In this document: piece by piece, positions 52,036-61,440 of the stretch
How the letters are laid out: every line of letters begins with the position of its first letter
Numbering within the stretch: position 1 is the stretch's first letter
Assembly: GCA_964625065.1 (NCBI GenBank)
Contig: CAZUZL010000004.1
Location: forward strand, 11,040-75,039
Reading direction: 5' to 3'
Length of the DNA: 64,000 nt
From: an uncultured Candidatus Saccharibacteria bacterium
GTDB taxonomy: Bacteria > Patescibacteriota > Minisyncoccia > Phycocordibacterales > UBA9973
The notes under the pieces: model-generated
Database searches by the model: none
The model's input: the letters and a program-made list of their open reading frames with translations, nothing else
Told to the model about the DNA's origin: nothing
Position numbers and translations under genes: made by a program

Positions 52036-53514
52036 TTAATTCTTCGGTCGCATTATCGGGAAGAAAACAGTATCACGTATATTTTTCTGGTCTGTCATTA
52101 TGGCAACTAGTCTGTCTATACCCATACCGAACCCTGTCATAGGTGGCATGCCGTACTCCATAGCAGTTAGGAAACGTTCGTCGACTTGCATCGCCTCTTC
52201 GTCGCCAGCGTCCTTAGCCTTGGCTTGGGCTTCTAGTAAACTACGTTGTACTATAGGGTTTACAAGTTCGGCGTATTGGTTAGTTATTTCCGCACCACCT
52301 ATTATCAGTTGTGCTACACGGGCAGTACCGTCGGCATTTTGCTGTGCTAGTGGCTTTAAGTCTGCTGGGTAGTCTAGTACAAATGTAGGGTGCACAAGTT
52401 TACCACGAGCAGTTTTTTTATAAATATGGTCTAGCAAATTACCACGTCCAGTTTTTTCAGCTTCAGTTTTATCTAACCCAAGTTCTATTGCCTTGGCACG
52501 CACGTCGTCTAGCGTAGCGTTCATATCAAAATCTGCATATTGTTTTAACAAATCTGCAAAACGTACACGTGGCCATTCTTTACTAAAGTCTACATCTATA
52601 TCGGCACCTTCTTTGTCGTAAACAGTAAATACGTTTTTACCAACAACATCAGTTGCTATACCGCGTAGCATTTGTTCGGTCCATAACATATTTGTTTCCA
52701 AAGATTCGTATGCAGCGTACCATTCTATCATGCTAAATTCCTGCATATGTGTTGGGTCGGTACCTTCGTTACGAAAGTTTTTACCTATTTCATATACACG
52801 TGGGTAACCACCGACCATAAGCATTTTATGTTCTAGTTCCAATGCAATACGTAGCACCATAGGCATGTCGTAGTCGTTGTGGTGTGTGTTAAAAGTACGT
52901 GCCATTGCCCCACCGGCCTGGTTTTGCAATACAGGTGTTTCTATTTCTAAAAAGTCTTTTGTATTAAAAAAGTTTCTAATATAGGTAACCATTTTTGAAC
53001 GGACTATAAAACGGTTTCTGGTTTCTTCGTTCATTAGTATGTCTAGGTAACGTTTACGCTGAGTTTCTTCTACATCCTGTATACCGTTCCATTTGTCTGG
53101 CAATGCTAATAAACTTTTTGTAAGTATTTTCCAACTTGTAACTAACAACGAGTTCTGCCCTGCCTTGGTAACAAACAAGTTGCCTGTAACTTGGATAAAG
53201 TCACCTATATCTGCCGCATCTGTAAATAAAGCAAAAAGTTTTTCATCTATGTCGTCTTTTTTGAAAACAACTTGGAATTTTTCTGTACCGTCAAACAGTG
53301 TTACAAACAGTATTGCACCCTGTCCACGAATAGACATTATACGGCCAGCCAGAGATATTTCCCCGCCTTTTGTTTTCAGTGTTTCAAACTGTTTTGTAAG
53401 TTCTGCCAATGTGTAGTCGTGCTCGACATCACCCGCATATGGGGCCATGCCAGCGTCGACTAGTAATTGCATTTTCTGCATGCGCACAGCGCGAAGTTCT
53501 TCATAAGTAGCCAT
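52036..53514 (-). CDS. lysS: Lysine--tRNA ligase (class II)
   Basis: N-terminal OB-fold anticodon-binding domain, motif 2 FRNEG, and motif 3 GMPPMTGFGMGIDRLVA. Length is 492 aa. Confidence 0.9.
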   Translation of the reverse strand: MATYEELRAVRMQKMQLLVDAGMAPYAGDVEHDYTLAELTKQFETLKTKGGEISLAGRIMSIRGQGAILFVTLFDGTEKFQVVFKKDDIDEKLFALFTDAADIGDFIQVTGNLFVTKAGQNSLLVTSWKILTKSLLALPDKWNGIQDVEETQRKRYLDILMNEETRNRFIVRSKMVTYIRNFFNTKDFLEIETPVLQNQAGGAMARTFNTHHNDYDMPMVLRIALELEHKMLMVGGYPRVYEIGKNFRNEGTDPTHMQEFSMIEWYAAYESLETNMLWTEQMLRGIATDVVGKNVFTVYDKEGADIDVDFSKEWPRVRFADLLKQYADFDMNATLDDVRAKAIELGLDKTEAEKTGRGNLLDHIYKKTARGKLVHPTFVLDYPADLKPLAQQNADGTARVAQLIIGGAEITNQYAELVNPIVQRSLLEAQAKAKDAGDEEAMQVDERFLTAMEYGMPPMTGFGMGIDRLVAIMTDQKNIRDTVFFPIMRPKN

Positions 53515-53635
53515 CCCGTTAGAAGCAGGTCGCGGTCAACAGATCGCTATTTGCTTGATTATTTTTGTAAGTTATATTTGTGTATATTTTTTATAATAAA
53601 TCTCCGTTACTGCGACCGCGGCTTCTAACGGGACC
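53515..53635 (-). promoter_or_regulatory. Long-range inverted repeat in the lysS 5' region, enclosing about 70 bp of AT-rich DNA
   Basis: cccgttagaagcaggtcgcggtc (53515-53537) against gaccgcggcttctaacggg (53612-53630). The proximal arm abuts the lysS ATG. Confidence 0.4.
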
Positions 53636-53704
53636 ATAACATGCATTATAGGCTAAAAACGTTATTATGCCAATATAAAACCCCTGTAACAGGGGTTTTA
53701 GTAT

Positions 53705-54664
53705 TTAGTTAGGACAGTCTGCGTTATATTCTGGTGCGTATACTATAGTTGCATATGCAGTCAAGTTTTGACTGTCTGTAATTCTGGCTGTAACTGTATA
53801 TTTAGGTACAGAATTTATGTTGTTTTTATAACCTTGTACATTTAGTGGGTCTGAAATATAGTATGTCCCTAACGACGATGTTGTACTGGTATTAAAACTA
53901 CTTACAACTGTCCATTCTATTTTTATTGTACCTATACCACCTGTCCATGCCACAGAAGGTTCGTGTTTTTTAGTACAGTACAATGAACTACCAGGTCCGT
54001 TAACGGGTGTTGTGTGGTCTGTTATGGTTACGTTGTTTGGTCCGTCTGTTTTGTAACAGTAACCCAAGTTTTGTGCAGTACTGTTTGTTGTTGGGTTTAG
54101 TTTACCACAGCGTATCTGAACATCGGTACCAGTTGCGTCCTGTCTGTAGTATGTCATAAGTGACGGACCAAATTCGCCACTATTTGGGCAAACGCGACTG
54201 GCAGGGTTTAATGTTTGTGCTGCACGTATAGTACAGTAGTCGCCCATACCTATGTTTGTATTACCAGTTAGCTGTAGGTTGTATCTTATGTCTGGGTAGT
54301 TTGTTGCAGTTAATGTTGGTTCACCTATATCTAGGAAGCCTTTGAACCACGAATACCCAGATACTACACGAAAGTCGCCAGTGTTTGCAGATGTGCCTAC
54401 GTTTACAGAACCACCAGATTCTACATTGGTTCTAGATATTAGGTAGCCTTTATAGTTTGTACTATTTAAAGTATAACCTATACTACCGAACTGACTTGTT
54501 TTAACTTGGTTGTCGTCGCCACGGTTTACTATAACAGATGGGTTACAACTGGTATCACCAGCTGTACATGTCGGGTCGCTCCATGCGGCACTAACCAACA
54601 TAGCAGTACCGGCTACACATATAGCCAGCACCAACGGCGCAATAACTTGTTTAAAGTTTTTCAT
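53705..54664 (-). CDS. Secreted Cys-containing protein, member 1 of the MKNFKQ paralogous family
   Basis: Signal peptide MKNFKQVIAPLVLAICVAGTAMLVSAAW. Conserved blocks shared with the genes at 56302-57231 and 57250-57828 are WxxP[ST]C...CN, SWFKGFLDIGEP, YNLQLTGNTNIGMGDYCTIR and CPNSGEF. An ACTACGGGGTATAAT promoter lies 6 nt before the ATG. Confidence 0.6.
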   Translation of the reverse strand: MKNFKQVIAPLVLAICVAGTAMLVSAAWSDPTCTAGDTSCNPSVIVNRGDDNQVKTSQFGSIGYTLNSTNYKGYLISRTNVESGGSVNVGTSANTGDFRVVSGYSWFKGFLDIGEPTLTATNYPDIRYNLQLTGNTNIGMGDYCTIRAAQTLNPASRVCPNSGEFGPSLMTYYRQDATGTDVQIRCGKLNPTTNSTAQNLGYCYKTDGPNNVTITDHTTPVNGPGSSLYCTKKHEPSVAWTGGIGTIKIEWTVVSSFNTSTTSSLGTYYISDPLNVQGYKNNINSVPKYTVTARITDSQNLTAYATIVYAPEYNADCPN

Positions 54665-54745
54665 ATGTACATTATACCCCGTAGTTAAGCTTTTACCAAT
54701 AGTAATATGTGAAAAATTATATTTTTGGAATCTTAATACGGATCA

Positions 54746-54790
54746 GGCCGGGTAAATAAGGACATTACCCGGCACGATTCTGCAGAATCG
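54746..54790. repeat. Palindromic dispersed repeat, copy C (intergenic)
   Basis: ggccgggtaa-ataaggaca-ttacccggc hairpin plus acgattctgcagaatcg. It matches 22 of 23 positions of the core of copy B in tsaD. Confidence 0.6.
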
Positions 54791-54835
54791 CAAATAAAAA
54801 ACGCCCTTCAGTTAAACTGAAGGGTCGTTAATTGT

Positions 54836-56158
54836 TTACCGAACGATGATTTTCTTAATTGTATAAGTTTTTTCGTTACGGATTTGTAGAACATAAGCAC
54901 CAGCCGGGAAATTAAATTCCACAACGTCACCATCTAATTTTCTTTCCATCAGCACAGACCCTTTAAGGTCAGTTACTGTAAGCACCGATCCGACGTAGTC
55001 GTTAGGCACTTGGAGAGAATATGTAGAAGGCATAGGGTTAGGAATATTCAAAGCCGAAGCATTTTTATATCCGTTAATCCCGTTGGCTTTCGCTTGCAAT
55101 CTTCTTCCTTGAGTTCCGTAGAAAACAAGGTAATCTTTGGTAGCTGCCATTTTACCGACATCAAACAATGATGCATCGGCAATGGCGTTCAGACCAATTA
55201 ATTCGTCGTTTACAGTGTTGTATTCGACAAAGTAGTTAGCTTGGATCTCCTCGTTTGTTCCGCATTTTTTGATAATGTCAGAACTTGCTAGATAGCATTT
55301 TCCTTTGAAAAAACATGCATTGGAAACACCAATGAATTTTTCCTCAAAGTTACCGGTTACTTCATTGTATTTATACAATGTATAATCATAGTAACCAGAA
55401 AAGCAATTTAACAATAACGTATTACCGTCAGTAGCCAAGTCATTGAAAAACAAAGACTTATTAACGACTGGGTATGACAAAACTTTTGTAATTAAGTCAT
55501 AGCACAACACAGATTTGTCGATTCTACCTTCTTTGGTAGAATTTACACCGAAAAACAATTTGTTTTTAAATGGTACAATTTTTTCAATTGACCATTCTTG
55601 TTCTGGTGGAAACAAAGGTGTGATGCTGCCCGTAACCATGTCGTAGATTAGTGCAAACTTTGGAGTATTGGTTTTGCCTTCGATAGAATCGAAGTTGCCA
55701 TACACACAGACTTTAGATTGATCTGCCCATAGGTTGGCCATACGTAGGTCTGCACCTTCTCTAGGAAATGAAGTGTGAGCTTTAAAAATAAAGTATGCAC
55801 TTCCAAATTCGTCGATAAGGTAAAGACTCGAACCATCTCTAGTCAGGTGTTTACGCTGATATGAACCAGCGATAGCACTTGGGTCGTTGAGGTTAAGAAC
55901 TGTTTTAGTTACCACACCTGTTTGGGCGTTTCTACTAATTAATGTTTTTTGACCAACAGCCCAAATAACATTGGTTGTTGTGTCAAAATACTCAGTTCCG
56001 CTAATTTCATTAGTTAACCCACCAAATGTTACAATTTCGTAACCTTTATTTTGGGATAGATTTGTGGCTTGCGCTTTGGTTGTCATGTTTCCTACAAACA
56101 TGACCAACATTGTTGTTAGAATGAACTGTAGGAGTCCATTTTTGTTTGTAAGATTCAT
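54836..56158 (-). CDS. Secreted protein with a T9SS-type (Por) C-terminal sorting domain
   Basis: Signal peptide MNLTNKNGLLQFILTTMLVMFVGNMTTKAQA. The C terminus, NIPNPMPSTYSLQVPNDYVGSVLTVTDLKGSVLMERKLDGDVVEFNFPAGAYVLQIRNEKTYTIKKIIVR, follows the Por_Secre_tail pattern: YPNP...D..G.....G.Y......K.I. Confidence 0.6.
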   Translation of the reverse strand: MNLTNKNGLLQFILTTMLVMFVGNMTTKAQATNLSQNKGYEIVTFGGLTNEISGTEYFDTTTNVIWAVGQKTLISRNAQTGVVTKTVLNLNDPSAIAGSYQRKHLTRDGSSLYLIDEFGSAYFIFKAHTSFPREGADLRMANLWADQSKVCVYGNFDSIEGKTNTPKFALIYDMVTGSITPLFPPEQEWSIEKIVPFKNKLFFGVNSTKEGRIDKSVLCYDLITKVLSYPVVNKSLFFNDLATDGNTLLLNCFSGYYDYTLYKYNEVTGNFEEKFIGVSNACFFKGKCYLASSDIIKKCGTNEEIQANYFVEYNTVNDELIGLNAIADASLFDVGKMAATKDYLVFYGTQGRRLQAKANGINGYKNASALNIPNPMPSTYSLQVPNDYVGSVLTVTDLKGSVLMERKLDGDVVEFNFPAGAYVLQIRNEKTYTIKKIIVR

Positions 56159-56301
56159 GAATAAATTGTGAAGAACGTTAGTGTCCTATCTGTAGGTATT
56201 ATACCATTTCTATAAAAAACAAGCAATACACCTGTGGATAACAGGTGTATTGGTATAATGTATTATTTTATAAGGCTTTAAAAGCTAAATATTAATTTAT
56301 T

Positions 56302-57231
56302 TTACTTTGTCCAGCCACTACTGATCTGTTCCCCACTGCCTGAAATTGTAAGGTTTGCTCTATACATAATGTCGCCCCCGTTTAGGTTTGTACAGTCGTA
56401 TTGTCCAGAACCTGCAGTTGTAGTACCAAAAGTTGTACTAGTTGTACCCGAACCAGTTGTTTTAGTTTCGTAATTTGTAATGGTACCAGCTGTTGTGTTA
56501 GGTGGGTATGTAGTGTTTGCCCATTTACTGATGCTGATAGAAACATTACTTGGTGCATTGTATACAGTTACCGTGTACTGACAGTAACCAACACCACTAC
56601 CAGCAGCGTCGTATGTACGTGCCATACCTACGTTTAGTGACAAGATGTTTGTAAGGCAAGACCCCAAGTTTGCTGGGTTGTCAGACGGGTTTATAAATGT
56701 GCACGCTACCTGTGGCACATTACCATTAGCCCAGTTTGGGTTTATCTGTGATACAAAAGACCCCGGTGGGCAACCCTGTCCACCGTTTAGGTCCTGGTTT
56801 GTTAATGTACAAAAGTCGCCTTTACCCAGATTTGTAGTTGAACCTGGTTTTAATGTCAAAGTATATACAGGTGTTGGTGGTGTTGTTGATACTATTGCAG
56901 AAACTGGGATATTTTGGCCAATATAAACCTTGCCTTTAGTCCAAGCTTGACCAAGTAAAACTCGCAAGCCAGTTTTTTTAGGCTCAATACTTGTATCTGT
57001 ACCAACATAGAAACCATCTCTGGCTTCTATGTCACCCGTTGCACCAAAAAATTTTGCTTCCAATGCACCGTTTTTTAGCTGGCCAGTACTACCGGTGTTA
57101 ACTGTATTTTCTACATTACAACCAGGTGGCGTACAACTGTTCGGTGCCTGTGTTGTGTTTGCTAAAACTACACCACCTATTACAAACATACATACTACTA
57201 GTGCTGGTATTAATTGTTTAAAGTTTTTCAT
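56302..57231 (-). CDS. Secreted Cys-containing protein, member 2 of the MKNFKQ family
   Basis: N terminus MKNFKQLIPALVVCMFVIGGVVLA. Shared blocks AWTKGKVYIGQN, YTLTLKPGSTTNLGKGDFCTLT and CPPGSF. Thr/Gly-rich C-terminal region. Confidence 0.6.
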   Translation of the reverse strand: MKNFKQLIPALVVCMFVIGGVVLANTTQAPNSCTPPGCNVENTVNTGSTGQLKNGALEAKFFGATGDIEARDGFYVGTDTSIEPKKTGLRVLLGQAWTKGKVYIGQNIPVSAIVSTTPPTPVYTLTLKPGSTTNLGKGDFCTLTNQDLNGGQGCPPGSFVSQINPNWANGNVPQVACTFINPSDNPANLGSCLTNILSLNVGMARTYDAAGSGVGYCQYTVTVYNAPSNVSISISKWANTTYPPNTTAGTITNYETKTTGSGTTSTTFGTTTAGSGQYDCTNLNGGDIMYRANLTISGSGEQISSGWTK

Positions 57232-57249
57232 ATATAAAATTTAGTATTA

Positions 57250-57828
57250 TTAACAACTACCTATGTTGTGTGGGTTAACAGACGGGCTTGTGGCTGAACA
57301 AGTTACGTATGGGTATATACCTGTAGCTGTTGGGTTTATCTGTATTATAAAATATCCAGCAGGACAAGATTCGGCAGACGTGCCTGTAACACGGGCCTTT
57401 GTCATGGTGCACCAGTTGCCTCGGCCTATATTTGTTGTTGCCCCACTTTTTAAAGTTAGTGTGTCTGTTGGTGTTACTGGGTAATTAATTGGGCTGTCAG
57501 TTATAGAAGCATCGTTACCTATGTAAACTTTATCGTTAAACCAAGCATTACCACTAAGTATACGCAAACTACCTGTTGGGTTTGTAGACACACTGGAACC
57601 AACCATCAACGGACCTCTTGAAAATATGTACCCCATAGACCCCAAGTAAGTTGAAGTTAGTCCGCCTAATTTTAGCTGGTCTTCGTTATCTATGTTTACA
57701 GGTTCGTCGGCATTACAGCCTGTTGCACCAGGTACACAACTTGGTGCAGTCCACGCAGCAAATGCAACACCAGCAAAAACAATTGAAGCTAGTATTATAG
57801 AAGGTATAAGTTGTTTAAAGTTTTTCAT
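57250..57828 (-). CDS. Secreted Cys-containing protein, member 3 of the MKNFKQ family; shorter, ending where the paralogs continue
   Basis: N terminus MKNFKQLIPSIILASIVFAGVAFAAW. Shared blocks NAWFNDKVYIGND, DTLTLKSGATTNIGRGNWCTMT and CPAGYF. It ends at ...NIGSC, whereas member 2 continues LGSCLTN... Confidence 0.5.
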   Translation of the reverse strand: MKNFKQLIPSIILASIVFAGVAFAAWTAPSCVPGATGCNADEPVNIDNEDQLKLGGLTSTYLGSMGYIFSRGPLMVGSSVSTNPTGSLRILSGNAWFNDKVYIGNDASITDSPINYPVTPTDTLTLKSGATTNIGRGNWCTMTKARVTGTSAESCPAGYFIIQINPTATGIYPYVTCSATSPSVNPHNIGSC

Positions 57829-57861
57829 GGTTATAGTATATCAAAAATTATATAATCTGGT

Positions 57862-58263
57862 TTATTTTTTCTTAGTTTGGTTTGCAGTTTCAGTTGCGCG
57901 TATGTCTACCATAAATTTTTCTGCTTCTGCTACATCAGCTGGGGTTAGTGGTGGTACAGATTTGGTAACTTCGTCCATGCGTTTCAAGGCTTGTTCTGTA
58001 TTAGCGTCCATTACACGCTGTTCTTTGTTTAACCAAAAACCGTTTTTCTGTGCATAAATAAAACCCAAAACTAACAGCACAGTAACAGCAACTACGGTTG
58101 CTATTTTTTTCTTGTCAGATGCACGTTGTTCTATGTTTTTGTTTTTATTTATAGTTTCGTCCAAACGTTGACGCGACAACATGGTGTCGTGCATTTTTTC
58201 TGCTTCTGCACGTTCTTGTTCTTTGATACGTGCAATATGTTGTTGAAGTTCTTCAGGTGGCAT
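57862..58263 (-). CDS. Hypothetical bitopic membrane protein
   Basis: A 133-aa protein with a charged N-terminal domain and one TM helix. Confidence 0.4.
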   Translation of the reverse strand: MPPEELQQHIARIKEQERAEAEKMHDTMLSRQRLDETINKNKNIEQRASDKKKIATVVAVTVLLVLGFIYAQKNGFWLNKEQRVMDANTEQALKRMDEVTKSVPPLTPADVAEAEKFMVDIRATETANQTKKK

Positions 58264-58361
58264 GTGTGTATTATACCTTGAAGTAAAATTTTAAACAACA
58301 CGGCCCAGGTAAATATAGCAAATAAAAATGCACAACGTGTGTGCTTTTTACTATTGTTATA

Positions 58362-58823
58362 TTACGAGAATGAAAGTATGGTGTAGTGCATCATACCTTT
58401 GGGTGTGTTAAAGGTAACTTCCTGGTTTGCTTCTTTGTCTAATATTGCACTACCTAGTGGTGATGTGATAGATATTTTACCTAGACTTATATCTGCATCC
58501 TGTGGACCAACTAGTGTAAAAGTTTTTTCTTCTTTTGTGTCTAGCTTCATTAGCTTTACGGTGTTACCTACTGAAACATGTTTAGTTGCTGTGGTTCCAG
58601 CAAAAACGGTACTGGTTTTTAGTATGTGTTCTATTTCACGTATGCGGTCTTCTAGTTTACCTTGGGCTTCACGGGCTTCGTGGTATTCTGCGTTTTCAGA
58701 AAGGTCGCCTAGGGATTTTGCGTATTCCAATGCGGTTATTATTTCTTTTCTTTTAACGTTTTGTAATTCGTGTAGTTCTTTTTCAAGTTCTGTTTTACGT
58801 TCTTGTGATATAACATTTTTATC
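58362..58823 (-). CDS. greA: Transcription elongation factor GreA
   Basis: N-terminal coiled-coil with conserved acidic residues (LGDLSENAEYHEAREAQ) and a C-terminal FKBP-like domain. Start set at MDKNVISQERK. Confidence 0.85.
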   Translation of the reverse strand, partial: DKNVISQERKTELEKELHELQNVKRKEIITALEYAKSLGDLSENAEYHEAREAQGKLEDRIREIEHILKTSTVFAGTTATKHVSVGNTVKLMKLDTKEEKTFTLVGPQDADISLGKISITSPLGSAILDKEANQEVTFNTPKGMMHYTILSFS

Positions 58824-58871
58824 CATAATAATTAATAATACCACTTTGTATATTTTATGGCAACATATTTG

Positions 58872-60602
58872 TTAATTTGTTGTTGTAGGAACAGTATAAT
58901 TAATTCCCTTTTGCATAACGAAGTCAGGATATGTTGTATAAAGTTCCTCTATGGCAGTACGCATAGCGTGTGACGCAGGTATGTATGCAGTACCAGAACC
59001 GTCGTCCATTAACACCACAAAAGCGTATTCGGGTTTTTCATATGGGAAAAACCCTGTAATCCACGAGTTAACGCGACGTTTAGATATATCTGTCTGTGCA
59101 GTACCAGACTTACCAGCCATATGCAGGTATGGAAAGTTCAACGACTCACCAGTACCTGTGGTTATAACCATGCGTAGTGCTTCGTGTACTACTTGGTACT
59201 GTGCATCTGTAAATGGTAGTTGTTCTGTTTTTGTTAGTTCTGGGTTTGTTTCATTTAAACGTATATGCGGTGTTACTAATGTACCCCGACTAGCTATACC
59301 TGCCATTGCACGCACCATTTGCAACGGCGTTACCTGGAAACCGTATTGTCCGATCGATGTGTGGTATGTGTCGCCTACACGCCATGGGTCTTTGGGGAAA
59401 GTTTTTGCTTTCCATTCTACAGACGGCACTACACCAGCTAGTTCGCCGTCCATGTCTATTCCTGTTTTTAAACCTATACCAAAGTCCTTGGCATATTGGT
59501 TTATGCGGTCTATACCTAGACCCTTTTGGTCTTTGTAGCCACCACCTATTTCGTAAAAATATACGTTCGACGAAACTGCTATGGCTTTACGCATGTCTAC
59601 TAAACCGTGCGCGGCGTTGTCCTTGAAGACTGTGTTTTTAGTAGAGTCAAATGGGTTTGGTATTGTAATCTGTCCAGTACTTAAAATTTGTTTTAATGGG
59701 CTTATAATGTTTTCATTTAGTGCAGCTAACGCTAAATATGGTTTAACTATAGACCCAGGTGTGTACCGCCCTGCTATAGCGCGGTTAATAAAAACTTTTC
59801 TTTTGTCAGTAAAATAGTGCGATATTTTTTCGTTGTCAGTAGCTAGTGACATAACGTTCGAACTGTATTCAGGGTAGCTTGTTATAGCCACAACTTCACC
59901 TGTATGTATGTTCATTATTACACCTGCTCCGCCAGTATAACCTGCATCTGTAGCTAGTTTTTCTATGCCGTGGTACAGCGCAGTTTGCACACGGGCATCT
60001 ATAGACAACACCACATCTGTACCATGCACTGGTTCTTCGGTAATGTTTTCAGATAGAACTTTACCAGTTGCATCTGTTTCAAAATATTTTGCACCGTGTG
60101 TGCCCTCTAACTGTGTTGCATAATACGACTCGACACCGCTTTTACCAGTAAACTGTGTTTGCCAGTAGTTGCCCGATGCGTCTTTCTTAGGGTAGCCAAC
60201 ATAGCCCAACAGGTGCGCATAGCCGCCATCGTTTGTGTATATACGTTTCGAAAAAGCCTCACCTTCCTTCAACTTTTCATTCCATGCCAGGTTTACACCG
60301 TTTCTATCTGTTATCAAACCACGGTCGGCAAATATAGGTACTGATTCGAACGAATTTTTCTCACTTCTTGTTGCAAAATAGTCGCCTTTAGAAATCTGCA
60401 AATACCCTAACCTAAAAATACCACCAACACCAAAAACAAATGCAACTATAAAAATAATATTTAGTGCACGGTGTGGTATAGGTTGTTCTATACGGCCTTC
60501 CATTTGCTGTGTGTTGAACTGTGGCAAATTACGCGCGTCCAGCAGTATTTCGTCGGGGGCTATTTCATGGTAGTATTGTTTTTTTGGTTTCCAGAATTTC
60601 AT
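58872..60602 (-). CDS. mrdA: Penicillin-binding protein 2 (class B transpeptidase, MrdA-like)
   Basis: SxxK in GSIVKPY, SSN in AVSSNVYFYE and KSGTAQ. N-terminal TM helix. An mreD-like gene lies upstream. Confidence 0.8.
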   Translation of the reverse strand: MKFWKPKKQYYHEIAPDEILLDARNLPQFNTQQMEGRIEQPIPHRALNIIFIVAFVFGVGGIFRLGYLQISKGDYFATRSEKNSFESVPIFADRGLITDRNGVNLAWNEKLKEGEAFSKRIYTNDGGYAHLLGYVGYPKKDASGNYWQTQFTGKSGVESYYATQLEGTHGAKYFETDATGKVLSENITEEPVHGTDVVLSIDARVQTALYHGIEKLATDAGYTGGAGVIMNIHTGEVVAITSYPEYSSNVMSLATDNEKISHYFTDKRKVFINRAIAGRYTPGSIVKPYLALAALNENIISPLKQILSTGQITIPNPFDSTKNTVFKDNAAHGLVDMRKAIAVSSNVYFYEIGGGYKDQKGLGIDRINQYAKDFGIGLKTGIDMDGELAGVVPSVEWKAKTFPKDPWRVGDTYHTSIGQYGFQVTPLQMVRAMAGIASRGTLVTPHIRLNETNPELTKTEQLPFTDAQYQVVHEALRMVITTGTGESLNFPYLHMAGKSGTAQTDISKRRVNSWITGFFPYEKPEYAFVVLMDDGSGTAYIPASHAMRTAIEELYTTYPDFVMQKGINYTVPTTTN

Positions 60603-60610
60603 ATATATTT

Positions 60611-60886
60611 TTATGTTCTGGTAAATACTTTTCTAAGCAGAAAAACACCGACCACCAGCACAGCCCCTAGTGCATACACATGTTGCACACCGTAGAAATA
60701 TTGCACGGGTATAGCATATATATAGTCTGCAAATATACCAACGGCTATATATTCGTATGGTATGTAACGCGCAAAAAAACCAAATCCAACAAACAGAACA
60801 AACAAAACCCACCATGGCAAAACTACTGCCACCAGCAGTAAAAACGCACCCAGTATTAGCCTTTTATAAAGTTTGTTTTCTAGCAT
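60611..60886 (-). CDS. MreD-like small membrane protein
   Basis: A 91-aa polytopic hydrophobic protein immediately upstream of PBP2, in the order typical of an elongasome cluster. Confidence 0.4.
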   Translation of the reverse strand: MLENKLYKRLILGAFLLLVAVVLPWWVLFVLFVGFGFFARYIPYEYIAVGIFADYIYAIPVQYFYGVQHVYALGAVLVVGVFLLRKVFTRT

Positions 60887-60976
60887 TTATTTTTATGCGT
60901 CTTTCTTATTACCTGATTCTGCGGAATCATGTCGGACCAACGTTCCTTTAAAGGGCCGACCCTAATTTGCAACAGA

Positions 60977-61348
60977 CTACTTCTTTTTTCCAAAAAGGCC
61001 TTTTAGTAACAAAAGTGATGCAACCACGATAATACCATAAAACAGCATGATATGTGTAAACACATACAGCCCTGCATTATATGCATAGTATTGTACGTAT
61101 GCCACGGGTCCAGCAAACGGCGACTGTGTTGTAGTTGGCACCTGAACACGCAGGTAGTCTGGCAAACTTTGTTGAATAGCATTTTGCAATGCTTGTTTTT
61201 GGTAGTCTTGGAAAAGTTTAACTGGGTCTACACCCTTAGCCTGGCCTTCTAGTTGTTTTTGTTTAACTGTCCATGTAACTATGTGTTGTTGACGAAAATC
61301 TTCGACTTTTTTTACTGGACCTATAGAAAGTAAATTATTAGTTGCCAT
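60977..61348 (-). CDS. Hypothetical protein with a C-terminal TM helix
   Basis: A 123-aa ORF. Confidence 0.35.
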   Translation of the reverse strand: MATNNLLSIGPVKKVEDFRQQHIVTWTVKQKQLEGQAKGVDPVKLFQDYQKQALQNAIQQSLPDYLRVQVPTTTQSPFAGPVAYVQYYAYNAGLYVFTHIMLFYGIIVVASLLLLKGLFGKKK

Positions 61349-61440
61349 ATATATTATGTTTTATATTAATGTACTTATTATACCCTGCAACTTAAGTTTT
61401 CCAAAACAAAAACCACCTTTTGGTGGTTTTTGTTTTTTTA

